Source of the DNA: Dehalococcoidia bacterium
Lineage (GTDB): Bacteria > Chloroflexota > Dehalococcoidia > Plut-88900
Assembly (NCBI GenBank): GCA_965249275.1
Contig: CBDFLQ010000006.1
Coordinates: 608,001-672,000 of the forward strand
Direction of reading: 5' to 3'
DNA length: 64,000 bases
Below, piece by piece: positions 10,391 through 21,957 of the stretch (position 1 is the stretch's first letter; each line of letters starts with the position of its first letter). The translations under genes were made by a program, and so were the position numbers. The notes beneath the pieces are model-generated. The model was not told where the DNA came from, did no database searches, and was given only the letters and a program-made list of their open reading frames with translations.

Positions 10391-11194
10391 TTGGGACAGA
10401 AAACCCACCCTATAGGGTTTCGGCTAGGCATTATCCGGGACTGGGATGCTAAGTGGTTCGCCCGTAAGGGCGTGCAGTACCGTAAGCTGGTGGCTGAGGA
10501 TATGACGATCCGCAAGTCCATCCTCGGGAGTCACACAGACGCGGCCATCTCAAAAGTCGAGATCGAGAGGAACGCCAACGAGGTCATCGCCACAATCTAC
10601 ACGGCCAGGCCCGGAATCGTCATCGGACGAGGGGGCCAGAGGGTAGACGAGCTGCGCGGGTTGCTGGAGAAGAAGACCGGCCGCCGGGTGCGCTTGAACA
10701 TCCAGGAGATATCGCAGCCGGAGCAGGACGCCTTCCTCGTAGCCCGTAACATCGCCGACCAATTGGAGCGACGCGTGTCGTACAGGCGGGCCATTAGGCA
10801 AGCGGCGACTCGGTCCATGCAGACGGGAATCCAGGGCATCAAGATCATCTGCTCTGGCAGACTGGGCGGCGCCGAGATAGCCCGGAACGAAAAGCATAGA
10901 GACGGTCGGGTCCCGCTCCACACCCTCCGGGCCGACATCGACTACGGAATCGCCGAGGCGCTCACTACCATGGGTGTTGTAGGCGTCAAAGTATGGATAT
11001 ATAAAGGGGACATCCTACCCGAACCCAAGCAGTCCGAGGCCGAAAGAATGGAGCCCATCAGCGTAACCATCCCAAGCTCCAAGACGCCGGATGCAGAAGC
11101 CGAAGGTTCAGACGGACAGCCAATAATATTAGAGGAGAACTATGCTTCAACCGAAACGAGTGAAGTTTCGGAAAGCCCATCGGGGACACCGTAG
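10391..11194 (+). CDS. rpsC: 30S ribosomal protein S3 with acidic C-terminal tail overlapping rplP
   Basis: [33 protein letters not shown]; TTG start. Confidence 0.98.
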   Translation: MGQKTHPIGFRLGIIRDWDAKWFARKGVQYRKLVAEDMTIRKSILGSHTDAAISKVEIERNANEVIATIYTARPGIVIGRGGQRVDELRGLLEKKTGRRVRLNIQEISQPEQDAFLVARNIADQLERRVSYRRAIRQAATRSMQTGIQGIKIICSGRLGGAEIARNEKHRDGRVPLHTLRADIDYGIAEALTTMGVVGVKVWIYKGDILPEPKQSEAERMEPISVTIPSSKTPDAEAEGSDGQPIILEENYASTETSEVSESPSGTP

Positions 11195-11558
11195 GGGCAC
11201 GGCCCACGCGGGAGCGGGGCTTTCTTTCGGGGAGTTCGGGCTCAAGGCCCAGTCCACTGCGTGGATTACGAACCGCCAGATAGAGGCAGCCCGGCGTGCC
11301 ATCACCCACCACGTCAAGCGTGGGGGGCAGATCTGGATACGCATCTTCCCCGATAAGCCGGTAACATCGAAGCCGCTGGAGACCCGCATGGGAAGCGGAA
11401 AAGGCAACGTGGACCACTGGGTTGCAGTGGTCAAACGGGGCCGGATGCTCTTCGAAATCGGCGGAGTGGAGAAGGAAACGGCCAAGGAGGCCATGAGAAG
11501 GGCATCCCACAAGCTGCCCGTCTCCACACGATTCGTGTCCCGAGACGAGCTTGTATAG
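11142..11558 (+). CDS. rplP: 50S ribosomal protein L16
   Basis: [18 protein letters not shown]. Confidence 0.99.
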   Translation: MLQPKRVKFRKAHRGHRRGTAHAGAGLSFGEFGLKAQSTAWITNRQIEAARRAITHHVKRGGQIWIRIFPDKPVTSKPLETRMGSGKGNVDHWVAVVKRGRMLFEIGGVEKETAKEAMRRASHKLPVSTRFVSRDELV

Positions 11559-11585
11559 AGGCGCAATCCAAGCGAGGTATCATAG

Positions 11586-11789
11586 TTGAAAGCGGATGAA
11601 ATAAGGAGCCTGTCGGCAGTGGACCTGGAGCGGGAGTTGGAAAACTCCTACCGGGAGACCTTCAATTTGAGGTTCCGCCGCGCCACAAACCAGCTCACCA
11701 ACCATAGAGAGATCAGACGCATTCGCAGAAAGATCGCACGACTGAAGACGATCATGCGGGAGCGGGAATTGGCTCAGGGAAATAGATGA
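11586..11789 (+). CDS. rpmC: 50S ribosomal protein L29
   Basis: FNLRF, IARLKT; operon position. Confidence 0.95.
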   Translation: MKADEIRSLSAVDLERELENSYRETFNLRFRRATNQLTNHREIRRIRRKIARLKTIMRERELAQGNR

Positions 11790-12091
11790 ATAAGTCCCGC
11801 AAAACCATTTTAGGCCAGGTCGTCAGCGACAAGATGGACAAGACCGTTGTCGTAGCGGTGGAGCGTTACCGCACCCACCGGCTGTATAAACGGCGCATCA
11901 GACGGATAACCAAGTTCAAGGCCCACGACTACAACAACTCCTGCAAGCTGGGCGATACCGTACGGATAGAGGAGACCAAGCCCCTGTCCCGAGAAAAGCG
12001 CTGGCGCGTGATCGAGGTCCTAGCCCGAATAGACATCGCCGATACCCAGCCGAACGAATTAGCCGGCATGACAGAAGGGGCCAAGAAATAA
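11786..12091 (+). CDS. rpsQ: 30S ribosomal protein S17
   Basis: [26 protein letters not shown]. Confidence 0.98.
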   Translation: MNKSRKTILGQVVSDKMDKTVVVAVERYRTHRLYKRRIRRITKFKAHDYNNSCKLGDTVRIEETKPLSREKRWRVIEVLARIDIADTQPNELAGMTEGAKK

Positions 12092-12459
12092 TGATACGCG
12101 TAGCTACCCGACTCCAGGTGGCCGACAACTCTGGGGCCAAGGTGATAGAGTGCATCAACGTGCCCGGCGGCACCGGCAAGCGCTACGCCACCATCGGCGA
12201 GATTATCATCGCCTCGGTGAAGCAGGCCGCGCCCGCCGCCCAGGTGAAGAAGGGCGATGTGGTCAAGGCGGTCATCGTGCGGGTGGCCAAGCCCTATCGC
12301 AGGACTGACGGCTCATACATCCGCTTTGACGAGAACGCCGGAGTCATATTGAGTGACACCTCCAATCCTCGGGGCACGCGGATCTTCGGGCCCGTGGCCC
12401 GGGAGCTGCGAGAGCGCAACTTCACCAAGATCGTATCCCTCGCTCCGGAGGTCCTCTAG
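12091..12459 (+). CDS. rplN: 50S ribosomal protein L14
   Basis: [20 protein letters not shown]. Confidence 0.99.
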   Translation: MIRVATRLQVADNSGAKVIECINVPGGTGKRYATIGEIIIASVKQAAPAAQVKKGDVVKAVIVRVAKPYRRTDGSYIRFDENAGVILSDTSNPRGTRIFGPVARELRERNFTKIVSLAPEVL

Positions 12460-12495
12460 CATCATCCCGACAAACGAGAACTTGAAGGTATTATT

Positions 12496-12825
12496 TTGAG
12501 AATCAGGAAGAACGATAAGGTCCTGGTCCTTGCCGGCAAAGACAAGGGCAAAACGGGAAGGATATTTCGGATTAGTCCCGCCGACGGGCTGGCTTGGGTG
12601 GAGAAAATCAACTCCACAAAGAAGGCCATGAGGCCCAAACCCAATGTCAGGCAGGCCGGACTGATAGATCTGGAACTCCCTATACAAATGTCCAACCTTA
12701 AGCTGGTCTGTCCCTCCTGCGACAAGCCGACCAAGGCCCTCGCCGACAAGTCCCAGCCCCAGAGCGCGGCGCCGGGACAAGGCTATCCCAGAGTTTGTAA
12801 ACTATGCCAAGCGACGATAGAGTAA
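12496..12825 (+). CDS. rplX: 50S ribosomal protein L24, with two CxxC pairs
   Basis: KOW motif [11 protein letters not shown]; CPSC and CKLC. Confidence 0.95.
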   Translation: MRIRKNDKVLVLAGKDKGKTGRIFRISPADGLAWVEKINSTKKAMRPKPNVRQAGLIDLELPIQMSNLKLVCPSCDKPTKALADKSQPQSAAPGQGYPRVCKLCQATIE

Positions 12826-13430
12826 AACCGAAAAGAAAATCCAAGGCGAAGGCCAAAGAGGCGGCTCCGGCATCGAACGGGGTCCAACCTAGGCTCAAGG
12901 TCCGGTACCGGGAAGAGATCGTTCCGGCCTTGGTGCAGCACTTTAGCTATGCCAACGTGATGCAGGCGCCGAAGGTCGAAAAGATCGTCCTCAACATCGG
13001 GTTGGGGGAGGCGCTTTCGAACCCCCGAGCCGTGGAAGGCGCCACCCGAGACCTGGAGGCGATCACCGGGCAGCACCCCGTGACGACCCGGGCAAAGAAG
13101 TCGGTGGCGAACTTCCGGGTGAGGGACGGCATGATCATCGGGATCATGGTCACCCTCCGCGGAGGCAGGATGTACGAATTCCTGGACCGGCTCCTCAACG
13201 CCGCCCTACCCCGCATCAGGGACTTCCGAGGCGTGTCCACCACTGCCTTCGACGGCCGGGGCAACTACAGCCTCGGGTTTGGCGACCAGACACTATTCCC
13301 GGAAATAGATTATGACAAGATGGACCGGCAACGGGGCCTGCAGGTCACAATCGTGACCTCCGCCAAGACCGATGAAGAAGCCCGGCAACTATTGACCCAG
13401 TTAGGGATGCCCTTCGCGCGGCCGGCATAA
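12804..13430 (+). CDS. rplE: 50S ribosomal protein L5
   Basis: [29 protein letters not shown]; start uncertain because of an N-terminal extension. Confidence 0.97.
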   Translation: MPSDDRVKPKRKSKAKAKEAAPASNGVQPRLKVRYREEIVPALVQHFSYANVMQAPKVEKIVLNIGLGEALSNPRAVEGATRDLEAITGQHPVTTRAKKSVANFRVRDGMIIGIMVTLRGGRMYEFLDRLLNAALPRIRDFRGVSTTAFDGRGNYSLGFGDQTLFPEIDYDKMDRQRGLQVTIVTSAKTDEEARQLLTQLGMPFARPA

Positions 13431-13457
13431 GATAGCAACAGGAAGGAAACGAGTAGC

Positions 13458-13643
13458 GTGGCCCGAGCAGCCAAGGTAGCCAAATGGCAAAAGCCCCCCA
13501 AGTACCGAGCACAGTTCCGCAACCGGTGCAACCTCTGTGGACGACCCAGGGGATATATGAGGTATTTCGGCCTGTGCCGCATCTGCTTCAGGGAATTGGC
13601 CCTGCAGGGCAAGTTGCCCGGGGTCAGAAAGTCGAGTTGGTAG
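13458..13643 (+). CDS. rpsN: 30S ribosomal protein S14, zinc (type Z) form
   Basis: [10 protein letters not shown]...LCRICFRE, 61 aa. Confidence 0.97.
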   Translation: MARAAKVAKWQKPPKYRAQFRNRCNLCGRPRGYMRYFGLCRICFRELALQGKLPGVRKSSW

Positions 13644-13653
13644 AGCTGAAATT

Positions 13654-14055
13654 ATGGGAGTAGTAACGGACCCCATCGCCGATATGTTGACCCGGATAAG
13701 GAACGCCTTGGCCGTGGACCATTCCACAGTGTCGATGCCCGCATCGAAGACCAAGAGCGCCATTGCAGGCATCCTCAAGTCCGAAGGGTTCATAAGCGAT
13801 TTCGAAGTAGTTAAGAGCGAGCCCCAGGACACGCTGCGTCTCCTTCTGAGATACGAAGAAGAAGGCAAGCCCATGATCCGTGGCCTGAAGCGGCTTAGCA
13901 AGCCCGGCCTCCGAGTATATATAAGCAAGGATGAGATACCCAGGGTCTACGGCGGAGTCGGCATCACGGTCGTGTCCACCTCCAAGGGAATGATGACCGG
14001 GTCCCGGGCCTGGAGGCAAAAGGTCGGCGGCGAGCTCATGTTCCAGGTATGGTAA
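13654..14055 (+). CDS. rpsH: 30S ribosomal protein S8
   Basis: DPIADMLTRIRNA, SKPGLRVY. Confidence 0.99.
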   Translation: MGVVTDPIADMLTRIRNALAVDHSTVSMPASKTKSAIAGILKSEGFISDFEVVKSEPQDTLRLLLRYEEEGKPMIRGLKRLSKPGLRVYISKDEIPRVYGGVGITVVSTSKGMMTGSRAWRQKVGGELMFQVW

Positions 14056-14090
14056 GGGCGCTCAAATATATCAGTGAATAAGTAAAGATC

Positions 14091-14639
14091 ATGTCAAGAA
14101 TTGGAAAACAGCCTATCGCCATCCCTTCCGGTGTGGAAGTCGCAATGAAGGACAGCCACATCACCGTCACTGGACCCCGCGGCGAGCTTTATTACACCCA
14201 CAACTCCGATCTCACCGTGTCTCGGGACGACAGTGTCCTCACCGTGACCAGACCCACCGATCAGCGGGAGCACAGGTCTCTGCACGGGCTCACCCGAACG
14301 CTGATAGCCAACATGGTCCACGGAGTGAGCGAGGGGTTCACCAAGAGCCTGACCCTTGTGGGTGTTGGGTACAGAGCTCAGATGGACAGCGGAAAACTGG
14401 TGCTACAGGTGGGCTTTTCTCACCGGGTAGAGGTCTCCCCGCCCGAGGGTATAACCCTGAGCGTCGAGGGGAACGACAGGATAATCGTCAGTGGGATTGA
14501 CAAGCAGTCGGTCGGACAGGTAGCGGCCAAGATACGCCGCATTCGCCGCCCCGATCCCTACAAGGGCAAGGGCATCCGATACACGGGTGAATATATCCGG
14601 CTGAAGCCCGGTAAGCGGGCCGCCACAGGCGCAGGATAA
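14091..14639 (+). CDS. rplF: 50S ribosomal protein L6
   Basis: MSRIGKQPI, PDPYKGKGIRY. Confidence 0.99.
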   Translation: MSRIGKQPIAIPSGVEVAMKDSHITVTGPRGELYYTHNSDLTVSRDDSVLTVTRPTDQREHRSLHGLTRTLIANMVHGVSEGFTKSLTLVGVGYRAQMDSGKLVLQVGFSHRVEVSPPEGITLSVEGNDRIIVSGIDKQSVGQVAAKIRRIRRPDPYKGKGIRYTGEYIRLKPGKRAATGAG

Positions 14640-14642
14640 AAC

Positions 14643-15008
14643 ATGGCAAAGTTGGACCGAAGACAAGCAAGGTCACGCAGGCAGCGAAGGATCAGGAAAA
14701 ACTTGTCCGGCACCCCGGACAGGCCCCGACTTTCGATTTTTCGCAGCCTTAACCACATCTACGCGCAGGTCATAGACGACGACAAAGGAGTCACCATTGC
14801 GGCGGCGTCCAGCTTGGAGGAGTCGGTGTCCAAGGAGTCGGAAGGGAAGCGGAAGAAGGATGTTGCGGGGCTCGTTGGAGATCTCATAGCCTCCCGGGCC
14901 ACGGGCAAGGGCGTGAACACGGTGGTTTTCGACCGAGGTGGTTATCGCTACTTCGGCAGGGTGCAATCCCTCGCCGAAGGCGCCCGAAAAGGTGGGTTGA
15001 AGTTTTGA
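14643..15008 (+). CDS. rplR: 50S ribosomal protein L18
   Basis: [17 protein letters not shown]. Confidence 0.99.
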   Translation: MAKLDRRQARSRRQRRIRKNLSGTPDRPRLSIFRSLNHIYAQVIDDDKGVTIAAASSLEESVSKESEGKRKKDVAGLVGDLIASRATGKGVNTVVFDRGGYRYFGRVQSLAEGARKGGLKF

Positions 15009-15535
15009 TGGGAAGAAACGACAGACGAGATAACAGACGAGACAGGGTCGACTCCCGTAACTCGGACTTGACCGAACGCGTCGTACACATCAACCGTGTT
15101 TCCAAAGTGGTAAAGGGCGGTAGAAGGTTCAGGTTCACTGCAATGGTAGTGGTCGGAGACGGCAACGGTCGCGCAGGTGTGGGCCTCGGCAAATCGGCAA
15201 GCGTCCCCGACGCAGTTCGGAAAGGCAACACCATAGCCACTAAGAGCATGGTCAAGGTACTGCTCAAGGACACCACCATCCCCCACGAAATCGTGAGCAA
15301 ATTCGGTGGCGCCAAGGTGGTGCTGCGGCCGGCGGGGCCCGGCACCGGGGTAATAGCCGGCGGCGGAGTCAGGGCCGTACTCGAGGCGGCGGGAGTCAAG
15401 GACGTGCTCACTAAGTCACTTGGAAGCAGCAATCCGATCAACACCTCCAAGGCTACGTTGCGCGGATTGCAGCAGCTTCGAGACCCGGCACAGGCCATAG
15501 CGGCCCGCAAGGGCCGACCGGCGGAGTCGGAGTAA
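15008..15535 (+). CDS. rpsE: 30S ribosomal protein S5
   Basis: [18 protein letters not shown]; ATG overlaps the rplR stop. Confidence 0.99.
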   Translation: MGRNDRRDNRRDRVDSRNSDLTERVVHINRVSKVVKGGRRFRFTAMVVVGDGNGRAGVGLGKSASVPDAVRKGNTIATKSMVKVLLKDTTIPHEIVSKFGGAKVVLRPAGPGTGVIAGGGVRAVLEAAGVKDVLTKSLGSSNPINTSKATLRGLQQLRDPAQAIAARKGRPAESE

Positions 15536-15545
15536 GGCAAATTCT

Positions 15546-15728
15546 GTGTCACGAATCAAAGTAACCCTTCGAAAAAGCAGTATCGGACATCCCCAGGACC
15601 AGAGGGGCACCCTCCGGGCCCTGGGACTTAAAAGGCTGCACCAGACCGTAGAGCACGAGGACAATCCGTCCTTGCGGGGCATGGTGCAGAAAGTCAATCA
15701 CCTGGTTGTAGTGGAAGAAATACAATGA
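15546..15728 (+). CDS. rpmD: 50S ribosomal protein L30
   Basis: TLRALGL, LRGMVQKVNHLV. Confidence 0.97.
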   Translation: MSRIKVTLRKSSIGHPQDQRGTLRALGLKRLHQTVEHEDNPSLRGMVQKVNHLVVVEEIQ

Positions 15729-16171
15729 GACTGAATGAGCTGTCGCCGTTACCCCGGTCCAAGAGAACGCGCCGGCGCGTTGGTCGGGGGTACGGCAGCA
15801 ACTATGGCCACACCTCGGGGCGTGGCAACAAAGGTCAGAAGTCCCGGTCGGGCGGAAGCATACGCCGCGGGTTCGAAGGCGGACAGCTTCCGCTGATCAG
15901 GCGCATGCCTTCCAAGAGGGGCTTCACAAATATATTTCGAAAAGAATATCTGCCCATAAACCTGTCCCAGCTGAATGCATTTGAAAATGGGACGGAGGTC
16001 ACTCCCGACCTCCTCTTGTCCCGCAGAATAGTCAGAGACCTGCGAAAACCCATAAAAGTCCTGGGCGAAGGGGAGTTGGACCGGGCCCTGAGTATCAAGG
16101 CGAACAAGTTCTCCATGTCCGCGGTATCCAAAATCGAAGCAGCTGGCGGGAGTGTGGAGATCCTAGGCTAG
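15725..16171 (+). CDS. rplO: 50S ribosomal protein L15
   Basis: RGNKGQKSRSG, GFEGGQLPL. Confidence 0.99.
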   Translation: MRLNELSPLPRSKRTRRRVGRGYGSNYGHTSGRGNKGQKSRSGGSIRRGFEGGQLPLIRRMPSKRGFTNIFRKEYLPINLSQLNAFENGTEVTPDLLLSRRIVRDLRKPIKVLGEGELDRALSIKANKFSMSAVSKIEAAGGSVEILG

Positions 16172-17515
16172 ATGCAGCAGACCCAAACCGTATCTTCAAG
16201 ACCCAAGCTGCTCCAGGCCATGATAGACGTGGCCGGGCAGCCGGATCTGCGCGGCAAGGTTCTGTTCATGCTGGCCATCCTGGTCATCTACCGGTTCGTG
16301 GCCCACGTCCCGGTTCCCGGTATCGACGTGGACAACCTCGCGAGGTTCTTCGACCCCTCGCAGGGAAACAATCTTTCCGGGATGCTGGATCTGTTCAGCG
16401 GCGGCGCCCTCCGAAACCTCAGCGTCGCCTCCATGGGTGTCTACCCGTACATCACCGCATCCATCGTCATGCAGCTTCTAATCCCTGTCGTCCCCCGGCT
16501 GCAACAGCTTTCCAGGGAGGGCGGCGAGGCAGGACGGCAGAGGCTGAACCAGATCACTCACTGGCTGACGGTACCCATGGCACTGGCCCAGAGCTTTGGT
16601 CAGTTGGTGCTGCTGGAGCGGGGCGGTGTGCTGGAGCAGGGAATCGGGTTCACAGGCGGCCAACTTGGCCCGACCATCGCCATGATGGCCTCGATGACTG
16701 CGGGTACCATGTTCTGCGTATGGCTCGGCGAGCTGATCACCGAGCGGGGCATCGGCAACGGTATATCGCTGATTATCTTCTCAGGAATAGTCTCCGGGCT
16801 GCCGACGCTGTTGGGCCAGGCGTTCCTGCAGAGGGGAAACGTCGGCGGGCTGGTGGTCTTCTTCGCCATCGCACTCATAACGGTCTACTGCATCGTCCTC
16901 TTCACCGAAGCTCAGCGCCGGATTCCGGTACAGTACGGACGGAGCGTCTTCCGAAGCGGTAGGATGTACCGGCAGGCAGGCGCGACGCACATTCCGTTGC
17001 GGGTCAACTCCGCAGGGATGATTCCGATTATCTTCGCGTTTTCGATAATGATTTTTCCGGGGCTGGTGGCCAGCTACTTCGTCGGCTCGAACACCGGCTG
17101 GCTGACCTCAGCCGCCCGTTTCGTCGCCAATGTATTCGACACCACCGGCCTGTTCTACTGGATTATGACCTTCTTCCTGGTAGTGGCCTTCGCCTTCTTC
17201 TATTCGATCATCGTGTTCCAGCAGCAGAACATCGCCGAGAACCTGCAGAGGCAGGGCGGATTCATACCCGGCATCCGGCCCGGCAAACCCACCAACGACC
17301 ACATAACCAGGGTCCTGCTCCGGATAACGTTGGGAGGTGCGATCTTCCTGGGTATAATCGCCATCATTCCCTACTTCTCCGGGGAGTTCACCGGGGTCAA
17401 GGGCCTACAGCTTACCGGTGTGGCCATGCTTATCGCCGTCGGCGTTGTGCTTGACACCATGAGACAACTCGAGGCCCAACTTCTGATGCGCCGCTACGAG
17501 GGATTCATCCGATGA
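16172..17515 (+). CDS. secY: Preprotein translocase subunit SecY
   Basis: PYITASI, GIGNGISL, FIPGIRPG. Confidence 0.99.
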   Translation: MQQTQTVSSRPKLLQAMIDVAGQPDLRGKVLFMLAILVIYRFVAHVPVPGIDVDNLARFFDPSQGNNLSGMLDLFSGGALRNLSVASMGVYPYITASIVMQLLIPVVPRLQQLSREGGEAGRQRLNQITHWLTVPMALAQSFGQLVLLERGGVLEQGIGFTGGQLGPTIAMMASMTAGTMFCVWLGELITERGIGNGISLIIFSGIVSGLPTLLGQAFLQRGNVGGLVVFFAIALITVYCIVLFTEAQRRIPVQYGRSVFRSGRMYRQAGATHIPLRVNSAGMIPIIFAFSIMIFPGLVASYFVGSNTGWLTSAARFVANVFDTTGLFYWIMTFFLVVAFAFFYSIIVFQQQNIAENLQRQGGFIPGIRPGKPTNDHITRVLLRITLGGAIFLGIIAIIPYFSGEFTGVKGLQLTGVAMLIAVGVVLDTMRQLEAQLLMRRYEGFIR

Positions 17516-18183
17516 TGTACGTGATACTTCTCGGAGGCCCCGGAGCGGGCAAGGGCACCCAGGCGGTTGGTCTTTCTTCCGCGTTAAGCGCAGCTCACGT
17601 CGCGTCGGGAGACCTGTTCCGCCGAGCGCTGGGAGAGGGCACGCCTCTCGGCCTTGAGGCCAAGTCCTACATGGACAAGGGCGAACTGGTACCCGACGAG
17701 TTGACCGTTCGGATGGTCCTCGAAAGGCTCCAGGAACCCGACTGTCAGAGAGGGGCCGTCCTGGACGGATTTCCCCGCACCCTGGCACAGGCCCAAGCGT
17801 TGGACACGGCCCTTGATACGCTGGGCAAGGGGATCGGGGCGGTGTTATATATCAAAGTCTCGGAAGAGGAGCTAATACGTCGGCTAAGTGGCAGATGGAT
17901 CTGCCGAGCCTGCCAGTCCCCATATCATGCGGTCAATTCCCCACCCAAGAGCGAGGGTGTCTGCGACCGCTGCGGAGGTGAGCTCTACCAGAGGGATGAC
18001 GACACCGAGGCCACATCTCGCAGACGGGTACAGGTCTACAAGGATCAGACCGCACCGCTCATCTCCTATTATCAGGGGCAAGGCTCGCTCATCGAGATCG
18101 ATGGAGAGCAGCCGATAGAACAGGTCGGGCAGCAAATGGCCGACTCCCTGAAAGTCCTTTCCGGGCGGGGGGCATCCCGATGA
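17512..18183 (+). CDS. adk: Adenylate kinase with Zn-type LID
   Basis: GGPGAGKGTQ, LDGFPRT, CRAC...CDRC. Confidence 0.98.
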   Translation: MMYVILLGGPGAGKGTQAVGLSSALSAAHVASGDLFRRALGEGTPLGLEAKSYMDKGELVPDELTVRMVLERLQEPDCQRGAVLDGFPRTLAQAQALDTALDTLGKGIGAVLYIKVSEEELIRRLSGRWICRACQSPYHAVNSPPKSEGVCDRCGGELYQRDDDTEATSRRRVQVYKDQTAPLISYYQGQGSLIEIDGEQPIEQVGQQMADSLKVLSGRGASR

Positions 18184-18977
18184 ACAAAACGTTTCTGGGA
18201 GGCTCCAGGGTCGTCATTCAGGAAGGTATGGAGATCAAGACTTCTCGGGAGCTTGAGCGGATGAAGCAGGCCGGCAAGGTGGTGGCCCACACGCTGAAAG
18301 CACTGCAAGCGGCAGTCGAGCCGGGCATCACCACAGCGGACCTGGACTTCGTTGCCCGGTCTGAGATTGCCCGGCACAGGGCCATACCGTCATTCGTCGG
18401 CTATCGGGGTTTCCCTGCAGCCGTCTGCGTATCCATCAACAATGAGATTGTCCACGGCATCCCCGGGGAGCGGGTCATCAATGAAGGAGACCTTGTCAGC
18501 GTTGACGTCGGCGCGATAGTTGATGGGTTCCACGGTGACGCCGCCGTTACCGTAGGAGCGGGAGAGATTACCGAGGAAGCTCAACGCCTCATCGATGCGA
18601 CCAGAGACTCCCTGGACTGTGGCATCGAGGCGGCGGTGATCGGTGCACGGATCGGGGACATCTCTTTTGCGGTGCAGAACCACGCCGAGGCCCTCGGTTT
18701 CTCGGTGGTCAGGGAGTACGTTGGGCACGGCATAGGGCGCAGAATGCACGAAGAGCCCTCGGTGCCGAACTATGGAAAGCCGGGGCGCGGGCTCCAGTTG
18801 AGAGAGGGAATGGCGCTGGCAATAGAGCCGATGCTCAATATAGGGGACTGGACCACGTCTCTGATGAATGACGGCTGGACTGTCGTCACACGAGATGGTA
18901 GCCTGTCTGCCCATTTCGAACACAGCATAGCGATTACGACCGAAGGCCCGATAGTAATGACCAGGTTGGACGACTAG
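18180..18977 (+). CDS. map: Methionine aminopeptidase type I
   Basis: VHGIPG, GHGIG..MHEEP, IEPM, AHFEH. Confidence 0.98.
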   Translation: MNKTFLGGSRVVIQEGMEIKTSRELERMKQAGKVVAHTLKALQAAVEPGITTADLDFVARSEIARHRAIPSFVGYRGFPAAVCVSINNEIVHGIPGERVINEGDLVSVDVGAIVDGFHGDAAVTVGAGEITEEAQRLIDATRDSLDCGIEAAVIGARIGDISFAVQNHAEALGFSVVREYVGHGIGRRMHEEPSVPNYGKPGRGLQLREGMALAIEPMLNIGDWTTSLMNDGWTVVTRDGSLSAHFEHSIAITTEGPIVMTRLDD

Positions 18978-19006
18978 CGATAGTGAAGGGACTGCAGGGA
19001 TAGACT

Positions 19007-19240
19007 ATGGCTGAAGAGCGGACCGTGCAGAAAGAGAAGATAGAGGTCGAGGGCCGGATCGTCGAGACTCTGCCCAACGGCATGTTCACCGTGGAGCTGG
19101 CCAACGGACACCAAGTGCTTGCCCACGTATCGGGCAAGATGCGCATTCATTTCATCAGGATCCTCCTCGGGGACCGGGTGCTTGTAGAGCTTTCGCCCTA
19201 CGACCTGAGTCGGGGACGGATCACCTATCGGTTCAAGTAG
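19007..19240 (+). CDS. infA: Translation initiation factor IF-1
   Basis: [21 protein letters not shown]. Confidence 0.99.
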   Translation: MAEERTVQKEKIEVEGRIVETLPNGMFTVELANGHQVLAHVSGKMRIHFIRILLGDRVLVELSPYDLSRGRITYRFK

Positions 19241-19254
19241 GAGACGTAAGCGGG

Positions 19255-19368
19255 ATGAAAGTCAGGGCTTCGGTAAAGAAACTTTGCGACAAGTGCAAGA
19301 TTGTACGCCGTCACGGGACGCTGCGGGTAATCTGCGAGGTGCCGAAGCACAAGCAGAGGCAGGGATAG
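19255..19368 (+). CDS. rpmJ: 50S ribosomal protein L36 (not in ORF track)
   Basis: Manual translation [37 protein letters not shown]. Confidence 0.98.
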   Translation: MKVRASVKKLCDKCKIVRRHGTLRVICEVPKHKQRQG

Positions 19369-19410
19369 CCGTCTTAAGACGGCCTATATTGAGTTAATGC
19401 GGAGGATGTT

Positions 19411-19794
19411 ATGCCAAGAGTAGCAGGCGTGGATATCCCTAACGAAAAGAGATTCGATATTGCGTTGACCGCAATATACGGCGTGGGCCTGACCACCGCC
19501 GGGAAGGTTGCGGCGGCCGCACAGATAGACCCGGACTCCAAAGTCCGTGACCTCTCCGAGGACGATCTCAATCGCGTCAGAGAAGTCATCGACAAGGAAT
19601 ATCTGGTAGAGGGAGACCTTCGGCGCCAGATCCAGCAGAACATCCGCCGCCTGGTAGAGGTAAACACCTACCGCGGCATCAGGCACCGACGCGGGCTGCC
19701 GGTTCACGGACAGCGGACTAAGACCAACGCCAGGACCAAGAGAGGCGCTAGAAGAACGGTCGCAGGTCGCAGGCAAGTACGGGCCAAGAAATAG
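19411..19794 (+). CDS. rpsM: 30S ribosomal protein S13
   Basis: [23 protein letters not shown]. Confidence 0.99.
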   Translation: MPRVAGVDIPNEKRFDIALTAIYGVGLTTAGKVAAAAQIDPDSKVRDLSEDDLNRVREVIDKEYLVEGDLRRQIQQNIRRLVEVNTYRGIRHRRGLPVHGQRTKTNARTKRGARRTVAGRRQVRAKK

Positions 19795-19805
19795 CAGAGG
19801 TAAAA

Positions 19806-20195
19806 ATGGCGAAGCAGAAGGGAAGGTCCAGACGGAGAGAGAAGAAGTTCGTGCCCGTGGGCCGGGCTTACATCCAGTCTACCTTCAACAACACCAAGAT
19901 AACGCTCACCGACCCGAATGGGAACGTCATAGCCTGGGGCAGCTCCGGGACAATGGGGTTCAAGGGTTCCCGCAAAGGCACCGCCTTCGCCGCACAGAGG
20001 GCGGGGGACCAGGCGGCCCGAAAGGGTACCGACCAGGGACTGCGGGAGGTGGAGGTCTTCGTCAGGGGACCGGGGAGCGGCCGGGAAGCCGCTATCCGAT
20101 CCCTATCCGCGGCAGGCATCCATATAGTCAGTATCAGGGACGTCACGCCAATTCCCCACAATGGCTGCCGCCCCCCCAAGCGAAGGCGCATTTAG
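19806..20195 (+). CDS. rpsK: 30S ribosomal protein S11
   Basis: [20 protein letters not shown]. Confidence 0.99.
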   Translation: MAKQKGRSRRREKKFVPVGRAYIQSTFNNTKITLTDPNGNVIAWGSSGTMGFKGSRKGTAFAAQRAGDQAARKGTDQGLREVEVFVRGPGSGREAAIRSLSAAGIHIVSIRDVTPIPHNGCRPPKRRRI

Positions 20196-20210
20196 CACGG
20201 AGGAGACCCC

Positions 20211-20837
20211 TTGGCTCGTTACACTGGTCCCGTTTGCAGACTGTGCAGAAGGCAGGGCGAAAAGCTCTTCCTAAAGGGTGATCGCTGCCTGACACCCAAG
20301 TGCGCCATCGAGCGCCGGATCGGGCCTCCAGGCCAGCGGGGCACCCGCAGGCGAAGAGTCTCGGAGAGAGGGTTGCAGCTCAGAGAGAAGCAGAAGGTGA
20401 AGCACACCTACGGCCTGGTCGAAAAGCAGCTTTTTCGCCACTTCAGCGCCGCCCGGGAACAGCCGGGGGTCACTGGTGATAACTTCCTCAAGATCCTGGA
20501 GAGCAGGCTCGACAACGTGGTGTTCAGGCTTGGATTTGCGAGCTCTCGGAACCAGGCCCGCCAAGTCGTCAGGCACGGCCACATCACGGTGAACGGCACG
20601 CCCACTAACATTCCTTCCTACCTGCTCAAAGTGAGCGACCAAATCGGGTGGACGGGCCGAGGCCGCAAGTCCGAGCACTTCAAGTTCATGGAGGCTGAGA
20701 TCCGTGGAAAGCCAATCCCTGAGTGGCTTAGCGTCGATCCCCAAGCCATGGCTGGCCGGGTCCTGACCATACCTACAAGAGAGCTAGTTGGCTCCCGGGT
20801 CGATGACCGGCTAATCATCGAATACTACTCACGGTAG
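20211..20837 (+). CDS. rpsD: 30S ribosomal protein S4 (Zn-binding form)
   Basis: CRLCRR..C..C, LESRLDNVVFR, IEYYSR. Confidence 0.99.
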   Translation: MARYTGPVCRLCRRQGEKLFLKGDRCLTPKCAIERRIGPPGQRGTRRRRVSERGLQLREKQKVKHTYGLVEKQLFRHFSAAREQPGVTGDNFLKILESRLDNVVFRLGFASSRNQARQVVRHGHITVNGTPTNIPSYLLKVSDQIGWTGRGRKSEHFKFMEAEIRGKPIPEWLSVDPQAMAGRVLTIPTRELVGSRVDDRLIIEYYSR

Positions 20838-20867
20838 AAGCCGTTCTATTTCGGAGAACCTGTCCAA

Positions 20868-21947
20868 ATGATGGATATATACAGCGAACCGTTCCAGGCC
20901 AGTGATGCCCTGGTCGGCATCGCCAACCCTGAAATTCAGATACTGGAAGACCAGGCGACCTACGGCCGGTTTAGCGTAGAGCCACTCGAAAGAGGTCTCG
21001 GGACCACCATCGGCAACTCAGTCCGAAGGGTGCTTCTCAGCTCCATAGAGAGCGCTGCAATTACCTGGGTGAAGATTCAGGGCATTCAGCACGAATACTC
21101 CACGATCACTCACGTCACGGAGGACGTCACCGAATTCCTGCTCAACGTCAAGGGAATACGGCTGAAGTCCAATTCAGACCAGCCCGGAAGGCTATTCCTT
21201 GACGTGGAAGGTGAGAGAGAAGTCATGGCGGGAGACATTAGCCCCGCGGCAGAGTACGAGGTCGCTAACTCCGACCTGCACCTCGCCACTATGGATTCCG
21301 AAGAGGCTGCCCTCTCAGTTGAATTCAACGTAGAGAGGGGTCGCGGCTACATGGCTGCCGCAAACATTGACGGCCTGCCCATCGGCGCCCTGCCCGTGGA
21401 CGCAATTTTCACCCCCGTTCGCAAGGTGAACTTCAAAGTAGAGCCCATCAGGATCGGCCCCTACATGGGCAAGGAACGTGTGGTCCTGGACACTTGGACC
21501 GACGGTACAATACGTCCGGTGCAGGCCCTGCAGGAAGCCGGGGATGCTCTGATAAATTACTTCTCCCTCTTCGCCAACCTGGGCAAGTCCCTCGCCTCCT
21601 CGGATGGGCGTTACCTCGACATACCGGCAGAACATTACGCTATGACCCTGGAGAGTCTTCAGCTTCCGGCCAGGATATTCAACTGCCTGGACAGGGAAGG
21701 CCTGAAAAATGTCGGGGAAGTGCTTGAGAAGGGCGAAGAAGAGCTGCTCCAGATCAGGAACTTCGGTGAGAAGTCACTGAGTGAACTGTACGAGGTGCTG
21801 ATGGACCACGGTGTGGATGTGGCATCCATACTGGCCCAGACCGCCCAGCCCTTTGTACCGCCGACTCCGGAGGTCCCGGAAGAGGCGGAGGAAGAGCCCT
21901 CTCTGGAAGAAGTGGACGTGCCGGCAACGGTCGAAGAAACCGAATAG
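20868..21947 (+). CDS. rpoA: RNA polymerase alpha subunit with acidic tail
   Basis: [30 protein letters not shown]. Confidence 0.98.
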   Translation: MMDIYSEPFQASDALVGIANPEIQILEDQATYGRFSVEPLERGLGTTIGNSVRRVLLSSIESAAITWVKIQGIQHEYSTITHVTEDVTEFLLNVKGIRLKSNSDQPGRLFLDVEGEREVMAGDISPAAEYEVANSDLHLATMDSEEAALSVEFNVERGRGYMAAANIDGLPIGALPVDAIFTPVRKVNFKVEPIRIGPYMGKERVVLDTWTDGTIRPVQALQEAGDALINYFSLFANLGKSLASSDGRYLDIPAEHYAMTLESLQLPARIFNCLDREGLKNVGEVLEKGEEELLQIRNFGEKSLSELYEVLMDHGVDVASILAQTAQPFVPPTPEVPEEAEEEPSLEEVDVPATVEETE

Positions 21948-21957
21948 AAACACCAAG

